In this document: positions 1 through 7,780 of the stretch, one piece after another
Layout of the letters: the number at the start of each line of letters is the position of its first letter
How positions within the stretch are numbered: the first letter of the stretch is position 1
Source: Promethearchaeota archaeon
GTDB taxonomy: Archaea > Asgardarchaeota > Lokiarchaeia > Sigyniarchaeales > SOKP01
Length of the DNA: 10,871 bases
Assembly (NCBI GenBank): GCA_016926735.1
Contig: JAFGOA010000151.1
Span: forward strand, 1-10,871
Reading direction: 5' to 3'
The notes under the pieces: generated by a model
The model's input: only the letters and a program-made list of their open reading frames with translations
Told to the model about the DNA's origin: nothing
Database searches by the model: none
Translations under genes and position numbers: made by a program

Positions 1-678
1 ATTGTTCAAGCATTTGAGGATGATAATATACCATATATACAATATCAAGAAGTACTAACTATTGATATGGGTAAGTTAATGGGTACTTGGAGATGTCTTG
101 AATGTTTTTGGTTAAATTCTAGGGATCAAAGTGATTGTGATAGGTGCGGATATCATAATAAAGAAATAGAAGAAGAAATAAAGAGAAGAAAGGAGCAAAA
201 CTGGAAAGAGACTGTCAAAGAGATCTTTCTAATGTTAAAAAATAATGATGAAGCTGTAGATTTGTTTAACGGGAGGATATATATTAATCCTGAGAGATTG
301 GTAAATAAAGAAGATAAATACTACATACAAGATGATAATATGAACTATGTTTGTATTGATAAAATATCAGAAGATATTTATGGATATTATGTGCTTTTTG
401 ATAAAGCAGCAGTAGATGAATATAGATTGTTAAATTATTACAATTCTTGCGATGGATTATTATGTAGAGGTAAAGGGCATATAAAAGGAAAACTAACTGG
501 AAAAAATGATGAAAACGAAAAAACTATAAAAGCAGAAGCTAACATAGGATATTCTTCTGATAAGGGAAAAAATGACAATGATTTTGATTATTCAGTTGAT
601 GCAAATGCGAGCACTTCAGTTAATGATAAAGGGAAGTTTGAAACTGAGGTAAGTATAGAAGGTAAAATAGAATTTTAG
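1..678 (+). CDS. Hypothetical protein with RanBP2/NZF-type zinc finger and C-terminal amphipathic beta-strands; probably 5'-truncated by the window edge
   Basis: The frame is open from base 1 (IVQAFEDDNIPYIQYQEVLTID) into the ATG at 67, so the true start may lie upstream. WRCLECFWLNSRDQSDCDRC (88-147) matches W-x-C-x2-C-x3-N-x6-C-x2-C. The protein ends in alternating beta-strand-like sequence with a terminal Phe (EVSIEGKIEF). Confidence 0.75.
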   Translation: MVQAFEDDNIPYIQYQEVLTIDMGKLMGTWRCLECFWLNSRDQSDCDRCGYHNKEIEEEIKRRKEQNWKETVKEIFLMLKNNDEAVDLFNGRIYINPERLVNKEDKYYIQDDNMNYVCIDKISEDIYGYYVLFDKAAVDEYRLLNYYNSCDGLLCRGKGHIKGKLTGKNDENEKTIKAEANIGYSSDKGKNDNDFDYSVDANASTSVNDKGKFETEVSIEGKIEF

Positions 679-687
679 GTTAAATTG

Positions 688-1581
688 ATGAAAAAAATAT
701 TATTTTTAATATTTATTTTTGCATGCTTTTCATGTTATTTTTTATTTATACATTTTAATGGGTATTATTTTGAAATACCCATTGAATATGGTTCTGCTCA
801 TACTCCTTGTATAAATGTTGAAATCGATAGTAAGAAATATCTTTTAGAAGTTGACTTAGGTGCAAAAGGTTATTTAACGGTAAAAAAATCAATTTTAGAA
901 AATCTTAATGTAAAAAAATTAGAAACCTCTGATGTCTGGTATGATTTAAAGGGTAAAAAATATCAAACTCCTAATTATTTGCTATCTGAAATTAAAGTAG
1001 GCCCATTTTTACAAAAAGATGTTATTATTAATGAAGAAACTGATGAATTTATTGATAATGTAACTTTATGGAATGAAGAAACTGATGATGAATATTTTGA
1101 TCAAGGATCTATTCAGAGAGATTTATTAAAAAAATTTAATTTTTTAATAGACTGCAATAGGGGAATATTTATTTTTAGCAATAACAAAAATAAGTTAAGA
1201 AATGCTGGATATAATTTAAAAAGTTACATAAAGGTTCCTTTTTCGATAAACAATTATGGAATGATGATTGTTATTGATACTGTTTTTGGAATACAAAATT
1301 TCTCGTTTGATACAGGTGCTAGTGTGTCTTGTATAAAATCAAATTTTGTTAATAGTGAAAATTGTAAAATTGACTCGAATAATGCTAAATATTTTTTATC
1401 GGGTATTTTCAAAATAGAAAATGAAAATTATGGAAATCAAGATCTGTATTTATTTGATATTTCTAATGAATTTATAGGATTTGATGGGGTATTAGGCATG
1501 GATTTTATAAAAAAACACGTATGTTATATAGATTTTGAAAAAGGATATTTATATATTCAAAAACCTGTTTTAAAGGACTAG
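688..1581 (+). CDS. Membrane-anchored or secreted two-domain retropepsin-like aspartyl protease
   Basis: N-terminal MKK plus hydrophobic segment. Two aspartyl protease motifs: LEVDLGA and FSFDTGAS. C-terminal FDGVLGMDF...IDF is typical of bacterial clan AA proteases. ATG at 688 (TTG at 685 is the alternative). Confidence 0.85.
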   Translation: MKKILFLIFIFACFSCYFLFIHFNGYYFEIPIEYGSAHTPCINVEIDSKKYLLEVDLGAKGYLTVKKSILENLNVKKLETSDVWYDLKGKKYQTPNYLLSEIKVGPFLQKDVIINEETDEFIDNVTLWNEETDDEYFDQGSIQRDLLKKFNFLIDCNRGIFIFSNNKNKLRNAGYNLKSYIKVPFSINNYGMMIVIDTVFGIQNFSFDTGASVSCIKSNFVNSENCKIDSNNAKYFLSGIFKIENENYGNQDLYLFDISNEFIGFDGVLGMDFIKKHVCYIDFEKGYLYIQKPVLKD

Positions 1582-1583
1582 AT

Positions 1584-2315
1584 ATGCAAAATTTTATAGA
1601 TAGATTAGAAGAAGTCAGAAATTTAAATTTACCTAAAGATCAGTATGTCCTTTGGGGAAGTGCTCCTTTAGCAATTAAGGGCTTAAGAAAGGCTCGAGAT
1701 ATTGATATTGTTGTAACCCAGTCTTTATGGGATGATTTATTAAAGGTATACAATTCTCAGGGAGAAAAGAAAAACGTTATTAAATTAGGTGATATTGAGA
1801 TATGGAATGACTTATTGAATTTGACTGATAAGATAGATGAGATTGTATCAAATAGTGATATGATAATGGAACTTCCTTTCATGAAGCTATCATATGTGAT
1901 TGAATGGAAGAAAATGAGAGGGAAAGAGAAAGATCTTAAAGATATTGATCTTATTAATAACTACTTAAATCAAGAAGTTGTAATTAAGAAAAATAATGCC
2001 ATGAAGATTGTTAATGGATCAAGTTGTACAGCATATGAATATTCATTTGATGAGAAGGACATTAATATTGCACTTATTGAAATAAATGGTAGATATCCAG
2101 ATATAGGATTATCTTTGAATCAAATTGTTAAAGAGATGATTTATGTTATATCTGGTAAGGGAAAAATAGTAATTGAGAATAAAGAATATGAAATAGAAGA
2201 GGGTGATTCTGTTTTGATATTGCCTAACAAAAAGTATTTCATTGATGGTTCATTAAAGTTGTTAGTGTCTTGTTCTCCGGCATGGGATGTGAGTCAATAT
2301 AAGATTATTAAATAG
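1584..2315 (+). CDS. Fusion of a Pol-beta-superfamily nucleotidyltransferase-like domain and a cupin domain
   Basis: N-half has GS..L...GLR.ARDIDIVV (GS plus DxD) and ends in K..RGKEKDLKDIDLI. C-half has the cupin pattern EMIYVISGKGKIVIENKEYEIEEGDSVLILPN. The ATG lies 2 nt after the protease stop. Confidence 0.75.
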   Translation: MQNFIDRLEEVRNLNLPKDQYVLWGSAPLAIKGLRKARDIDIVVTQSLWDDLLKVYNSQGEKKNVIKLGDIEIWNDLLNLTDKIDEIVSNSDMIMELPFMKLSYVIEWKKMRGKEKDLKDIDLINNYLNQEVVIKKNNAMKIVNGSSCTAYEYSFDEKDINIALIEINGRYPDIGLSLNQIVKEMIYVISGKGKIVIENKEYEIEEGDSVLILPNKKYFIDGSLKLLVSCSPAWDVSQYKIIK

Positions 2316-3182
2316 TTAAAAAACATATCTTTGTAACAACAAATGTAAGTTTTGTATATGGTAAACAGTCATTTGCTGGCCTAGCAAATGCATTACTTTT
2401 TCAGTTACATTTCTATAAAATGAAATTTTTTTATTAAAATTGACTTGAGTATAATCAATTCTATTGACCAAAGGAGATCCACAAGTATCGCATATATTTT
2501 CATTTTTTGGTGGTTTAGTTAATAAATTATAAATTTCTCTGCAATTGTAAGATGAACAGACTATTCTAGAATGTAGTCTTTTTAATGATTCAGAATCTGA
2601 TATATCAGGAACTATTACAACTACATTTGTTAATCTGAACTCTTTAATCAATTTTTCCATATATGGAATGTTAGATGAGAATGTTGGGAAATGGTCAAAA
2701 ATAACAGGCCTTTCTGAAGGAACTATTATTTTCAGTTTTCTTCTGAGCATTGTGTGGCTAATTTTTGACATTTCTTTAGAGTCTATTCGGTTATTGAGTA
2801 ATAAAGACCTAATTCTAATGCCTAAATTAGACCCTCTTTTATTTTCTTCTCTGTGCATATCTCCAATAGAAATAGTGCAGTAGTTAAGATTTCTTTCAAG
2901 ATCCCTTGCTATTGTTCCTTTACCAGATCCTGATTTGCCTAGAAGTATTATGTTTGGAGGGGAGTGATTGTTTAATGAAGATACTAGATCATAACAAGCT
3001 GGTGTAAAATGAGCATAATCTGCCCATTGAGCTTTCCAAGAAATTAATAAGAGGTTAACTTTACACCATTTATCAAGTTGTTTCTTTTTATCATATGATA
3101 ATGGCAATAATGAATAATTAGTGAGTATTAAATGTAAAGATTCATAATCTTTTAACGATCTAGTTTTCAAAGATATAAGCAT
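2316..3182 (-). CDS. Divergent adenylate/nucleoside-monophosphate kinase family protein with zinc LID and ~75-aa N-terminal extension
   Basis: P-loop IILLGKSGSGKGT, ISIGDMHRE, DHFP in place of DGFP, and a Cys4 LID (RIVCSSYNCREIYN...PPK...CDTCGSPLVNRID). Confidence 0.8.
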   Translation of the reverse strand: MLISLKTRSLKDYESLHLILTNYSLLPLSYDKKKQLDKWCKVNLLLISWKAQWADYAHFTPACYDLVSSLNNHSPPNIILLGKSGSGKGTIARDLERNLNYCTISIGDMHREENKRGSNLGIRIRSLLLNNRIDSKEMSKISHTMLRRKLKIIVPSERPVIFDHFPTFSSNIPYMEKLIKEFRLTNVVVIVPDISDSESLKRLHSRIVCSSYNCREIYNLLTKPPKNENICDTCGSPLVNRIDYTQVNFNKKISFYRNVTEKVMHLLGQQMTVYHIQNLHLLLQRYVF

Positions 3183-3344
3183 AAAAATTACTAAAAAAAA
3201 TTTTTAGGAATATATCATCTAAAAGTGATTTTATGGAAGATTAAAATTTATTACATAATTAAGTATAAATTTTTTTTATAGACTAAAGAATTTTAATATT
3301 GTAAACATGAATGATTTTAAAAATTTTGTTGAAAAGCAAATATT

Positions 3345-3350
3345 AAAGGA
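3345..3350 (+). promoter_or_regulatory. Shine-Dalgarno site for the large membrane protein
   Basis: AAAGGA 5 nt upstream of the ATG at 3356, within the 173-bp divergent intergenic region. Confidence 0.55.
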
Positions 3351-3355
3351 TTGTT

Positions 3356-6274
3356 ATGCTTGGTTTTTTTTCTATAATACTTATGTTATTTCTTTATCTT
3401 AGATTATCAAAACGTATAAAAAGATGTGAAAAATTTTTGTTACCAAAACAAAAAAAACAGAGTAACCCTATTGACATACTTAAAACATATGAGACACATT
3501 CCCATGCATCTTTAAAAACACCTAAAAAAATTATAAAAAATGAAATAAAAGAAGAGATAAAAGAAGAAACATTTTTTAAAAAGCCTTTAAAGTATTATTG
3601 GCAAATATTGAAAGACAAGAAAGATAAGTTTGAAATGCCTAATTATATAAAATACAACTGGTTGGGAATTGCTGGCTCTATAATAGTGATAATTGGTGCT
3701 GTATTTTTTGGGTTAACATCTTCTATAATGCAGATTCCAGAATTTCGTATAGGCGCCTTACTAATATTTTCAGTATTACTTTTTTTATTTTCATACAAAA
3801 TTAAAAAATATCCGCAATTATTATCCGTAAGTAGCTGGTTTAACTCTATAGCTGGAACAATAGTATTATTTACTTTTTTAGGAGCAGGTAATATTGAAGG
3901 ATTAAAATGTATTCAATCGCAAAGTATTGGTTTTATCATTATTCTTTTAGGAATATCTATAAATATATTTTTAACTTTTATATCTCATATTCAATTTTTA
4001 GCTGCATTTCACGTTATTCTTTCTTTAATAGCATTTTATATATTTCCACAAGAGATAATATTTTTACCTATCTGCTCATTAATTACATTATTAGGATTAT
4101 ACAAATCATATAAATCTAAATGGAATTTACATATACTTTTAATACTTATTGCGTATTCGATATTTTATACACATTGGATATTAGAACTATCTTCATTAAG
4201 ATTAAGTCTATCGACATATATAATATCTATTTTTTGTACATTAGGCATAGGTATTTTCACTGTTTTTATACATTATAGCAAAAAATATCAATATACAAAG
4301 TTTGAAATATTACCATCACTTGTTCATATAGTTAATTGGGGAGCTATTGGATGGAATTTACTAATTCTTGCCAAATTTTCAATATTATCTACTTTTTGTC
4401 TAGGGTTTGTATCGATTTTATCCTTTATTCTAGCATTAATAGCAAAAAAAAGAAAAACAGACTGGCTTTATTATACTGATACTATTATCGGTCAAACATT
4501 CATGATATTTACTATTGCTTCATTATCATTATTTTCAGTTAAATTATATGATATTTTTCTTATGTTATTTGTTCAAATATCAATTTTTAATATTATCTGT
4601 TTAATAAAAAAACAAGAACTATTTCTCAGATTCGGTTATGCGGTTCAATCATTAAACATTTTTGCCTTGCTTATTTATTCACAATATTTTCTCTCACATT
4701 ATTCTTCTCAATGGCATACCTCACTCTTTATTCGAGAAATCTCAATATTTTTATTGAGCTTAATTTTTTATGCAGCCGTATATAATAAAAAATTAATTAT
4801 CGATACATTATCATTTATCATTAAGGGGATAAAGATCAGCAAATATCCAATTTCGATTTTAATTAGTTTATCAGCGACTTGTCTTATTGTTATGTATTGT
4901 TATGCTTATAGTTATTGGTTATTTAATTCTATTGTATTTTTAATGATTTTATCAATTGGGGCTTGGAGAAAAAGAAAAGAAGACTTTACTTCTAGTATTA
5001 TAATTTTGGGGTTGCTATCACTTATTAACCTAATAAACATGGTTTATATATTAAAATTTATAGATATATTTCATCCAAATTCATATCATTATCTAGTATA
5101 TTTTATTCCTATAATAATTATAGATTTAATATTTGTTCTTTTTAAAAATTATTTGTCTTTTTCGCTTATTAAAAAAAATATTCATGATATATTTGTATAT
5201 GCAATTATGATTCAAATTTCCCTGCTTTCATATTCATTTTCTAAAGAGACAAGTCGCTTCTTTTTTGGATTAGTATTGCTAGCTTTCTCTCTCATTTTTC
5301 TTGAAGTAGGTAAGTGGTGCAAGAAAAAATATAATAATCCTCTGAATTTGTTGCTACAAAACAGTTTTATTATTTCTGGAATATTATTTATTATAGGATT
5401 TATTGAACAATACATATCTGTGCATCTACAGGTAAATTATATATTAAATTCATTACCTTTGCGTTGGATTACTGATGTGCTTGGAATTTTAACCATATCC
5501 TACTGGATTTATTTTCTACCAAATAAAGGACAACTATTTAAAATCACAAAAAAAATAACATATTTTCTGCCAGATCTTTTAATAGGATTTGTTACTCTTT
5601 GTATTTTGACTGAATTCTTAGAAATATGGAGACCAACGCTTTGGATAATACTTGCAACTGCTATGATAATTGGAAGATTATATTACAAATGGCCTCATCG
5701 CCTATATATTTATTCATGGGTATATTTTGTCGCATCTGTTTTTCACATAGCATTTCTATCAGCATCTAATACCATGCCAAAATTAAATTCATTTGAGTAT
5801 TATAACATTCCAATTTATATAACTATTTTTATGCAGTTCATTTTCTTTTTTCTTATTAATAAGAAAAATAATTACATATGCAAAGATGTTTCAACTAATA
5901 AATTTAAAAAATTTATTAGTTCGTTCAGTAATTATGTTTTTTTCAATACAACTGTTTCAATATTATTGTTCATTTTTATTGGATTGGCATTACTTTTTTA
6001 TTTTAATTATCAAAATACAATACTTACTTTAATTTGGTGTGGATTAATTTTTTTATATGCACTGATAGGCTTGATAGTAAAATCAAAAAAAACCTTAAAA
6101 ATTTCCATGTTTTCACTTGTTATTTGTAGTGCTAGATTACTTATATTCGATTTGGTACAAACCGATCCTACTAAGAGAGTAATAGCATTTGTAGGTGTTG
6201 GCTGCATAATGTTAGTGTTAAGTATAATATACAAAAAATTTAAACATAGGATAGAGATACATGAAACTATTTAA
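3356..6274 (+). CDS. Large polytopic membrane protein, DUF2339-like
   Basis: 972 aa. N-terminal TM, charged linker, then NWLGIAGSIIVIIGAVFF and more than 20 hydrophobic segments. C-terminal RLLIFDL...RVIAFVGVGCIMLVLSIIYKK resembles the DUF2339 terminal signature. Confidence 0.8.
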   Translation: MLGFFSIILMLFLYLRLSKRIKRCEKFLLPKQKKQSNPIDILKTYETHSHASLKTPKKIIKNEIKEEIKEETFFKKPLKYYWQILKDKKDKFEMPNYIKYNWLGIAGSIIVIIGAVFFGLTSSIMQIPEFRIGALLIFSVLLFLFSYKIKKYPQLLSVSSWFNSIAGTIVLFTFLGAGNIEGLKCIQSQSIGFIIILLGISINIFLTFISHIQFLAAFHVILSLIAFYIFPQEIIFLPICSLITLLGLYKSYKSKWNLHILLILIAYSIFYTHWILELSSLRLSLSTYIISIFCTLGIGIFTVFIHYSKKYQYTKFEILPSLVHIVNWGAIGWNLLILAKFSILSTFCLGFVSILSFILALIAKKRKTDWLYYTDTIIGQTFMIFTIASLSLFSVKLYDIFLMLFVQISIFNIICLIKKQELFLRFGYAVQSLNIFALLIYSQYFLSHYSSQWHTSLFIREISIFLLSLIFYAAVYNKKLIIDTLSFIIKGIKISKYPISILISLSATCLIVMYCYAYSYWLFNSIVFLMILSIGAWRKRKEDFTSSIIILGLLSLINLINMVYILKFIDIFHPNSYHYLVYFIPIIIIDLIFVLFKNYLSFSLIKKNIHDIFVYAIMIQISLLSYSFSKETSRFFFGLVLLAFSLIFLEVGKWCKKKYNNPLNLLLQNSFIISGILFIIGFIEQYISVHLQVNYILNSLPLRWITDVLGILTISYWIYFLPNKGQLFKITKKITYFLPDLLIGFVTLCILTEFLEIWRPTLWIILATAMIIGRLYYKWPHRLYIYSWVYFVASVFHIAFLSASNTMPKLNSFEYYNIPIYITIFMQFIFFFLINKKNNYICKDVSTNKFKKFISSFSNYVFFNTTVSILLFIFIGLALLFYFNYQNTILTLIWCGLIFLYALIGLIVKSKKTLKISMFSLVICSARLLIFDLVQTDPTKRVIAFVGVGCIMLVLSIIYKKFKHRIEIHETI

Positions 6275-7163
6275 GCATGTTTTTTTATTAATACTTATTT
6301 TAGGAAGTGCCGGATTAGCGTTTTTGTACGCAAAGGAAAACCTACAGCCACCTTTTTATAAAAACTTTTCAGTATTTTTCCAAGAAATAGGTAAACCTAT
6401 TCATTCAATTAATAGATCTATCAGCAAAGTTCTTCCTATAGAAGATATTGATGAAAAAATGTTAGGAGATGCATTAGTAGGTTATTTGGATGTTCTTGAT
6501 TCTAAAGAAAATGAACAAAAGATTAAATACCTAAATAAAATTGTCATGCATCTATCAGAGAATTGCAAAAAAGAATTCTCTTATAGAGTATTTATTGTAC
6601 AAGGGCCACCAAATGCTTGTGCTTTTCCAGGAGGAATTATATGCATATCAGATGAATTATTAGATTTAGTTTCATCTGAATCTGAACTTATATCAATACT
6701 CGGTCATGAAATAGGGCATATTGAGTGTAATCATTTATTCGATGCATGTAGGGAAGAAATGCTCCGCAGGAAAAAAAGTAAAATAGCAATTATTTCTTTT
6801 GCTGGTGAAGTTATTAATTCAATATCAAAATTAACTTATAATAAAACACAAGAAGATGAAGCAGACGAATTTGGTTTTAGGCTTCTTTTATCTCACAATT
6901 ATGATCCTTTAGCTTTTTCAGGAATTTTTCAGAAATTAGCTTCAAAATATTCTGAAAAAAATTATTCAACCTTTTTAATTGATGATTTTTTTAAATCACA
7001 CCCTGATTTAGAACTAAGAATAAGTAAATTTAAAACTTTAGCGGAAAATTATTTGCTTAAACATCCTGATTTTAATGGATATATTGGTATGAAAAATAAT
7101 CAAGTGCATATCACTGCATTTGAAGAAAAATATCCAGATGAATATGCAAATTACATAAAATAA
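6261..7163 (+). CDS. M48-family zinc metallopeptidase with N-terminal signal or anchor
   Basis: PNACAFPGG, HEIGH (HExxH), QEDEAD third-ligand motif and the SHP motif. Overlaps the upstream gene by 14 nt. Confidence 0.92.
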   Translation: MKLFKHVFLLILILGSAGLAFLYAKENLQPPFYKNFSVFFQEIGKPIHSINRSISKVLPIEDIDEKMLGDALVGYLDVLDSKENEQKIKYLNKIVMHLSENCKKEFSYRVFIVQGPPNACAFPGGIICISDELLDLVSSESELISILGHEIGHIECNHLFDACREEMLRRKKSKIAIISFAGEVINSISKLTYNKTQEDEADEFGFRLLLSHNYDPLAFSGIFQKLASKYSEKNYSTFLIDDFFKSHPDLELRISKFKTLAENYLLKHPDFNGYIGMKNNQVHITAFEEKYPDEYANYIK

Positions 7164-7193
7164 TTCTTTTAAAGTGATTTTATAGTAGGGTAA

Positions 7194-7780
7194 CTAATAT
7201 TTATTACATGCTTCATGAACTTCTTTCATTATTTGGTCGTATTTTCCTTGATCTTTTAAGATTTGTACTGCTTCTTCGTAAGTTTCGTTATTAGTTATTT
7301 CTAATACATCATTTTTATTAATACTATATAGAATATGCCCTTCAATGAAATCTGTAACAGCAACATTTGGAGATGAAATAAATTCTCTTTTATCGGTAAT
7401 AAACATTATGCCTATATCAATATATTTCATGGTTTGTGGAAATGGTATTAAATATGGCCTTAAAATATCGCTATTATTAATATTGCATAAAAATAGTTCA
7501 GAAACGTAAATAATTAATTCTCTAGCTTCATTTATATTTACATTTTTTTCATTTCTACTGTAAATCCTTTAACCAATTCTCCTTTGTCGTTTTTCCCTTG
7601 CATAAGACCCAAAAAATTCATTTTTTTTATTTTTTTTAATAAATCTGCAGTTTCTAAAATTACTGTATTTTCTTTTAAAGTCTTGTCTGATAAATGAGAA
7701 GAGTCTGTGGAACATGAAACCATAATTATCATGGAGATAATTAGAAAAATAACTGATTTAATATTTATTACACACTTCAT
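7194..7780 (-). pseudogene. Frameshifted second putative lipoprotein immunity gene (joins ORFs 7538..7780 and 7194..7430)
   Basis: The 5' part (signal ...IIMVSC, ETADLLKKIKKMNFLG) aligns with the paralog's KTAKILKKTKHLELIG. The other frame is open from 7568 to 7194 and reads NEKNVNINEARELIIYVSELFLCNINNSDILRPYL..., matching EKVNVEKARELLVFCSEVLLNKINSTENIKKYL. Adding one base between 7543 and 7568 gives a 195-aa protein, against 196 aa for the paralog. Confidence 0.85.
7195..7286. repeat. 92-bp direct repeat, copy 1 (3' end of immunity paralog 2)
   Basis: 85/92 identical to 7759-7850 by manual alignment; period 564 bp. Confidence 0.95.

Noticed and set aside
2668-2883. 71-aa + strand ORF
   Set aside because: Antisense shadow of the kinase gene; no motifs.
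3191-3207. Inverted repeat CTAAAAA-AAA-TTTTTAG
   Set aside because: Low-complexity A/T palindrome expected by chance.
3907-6234. Short ORFs 3907..4113, 5212..5415 and 6010..6234
   Set aside because: Off-frame or antisense shadows within the large membrane protein gene.
7621-7637. T8-A-T8 tract as the frameshift site of paralog 2
   Set aside because: Homology continues in the same frame past the tract, and the downstream frame has a stop at 7569-7571, so the lesion must be further 3'.
7194-7780. Stop-codon recoding to explain the split gene
   Set aside because: The two fragments are in different frames, and other genes end normally in TAA or TAG.
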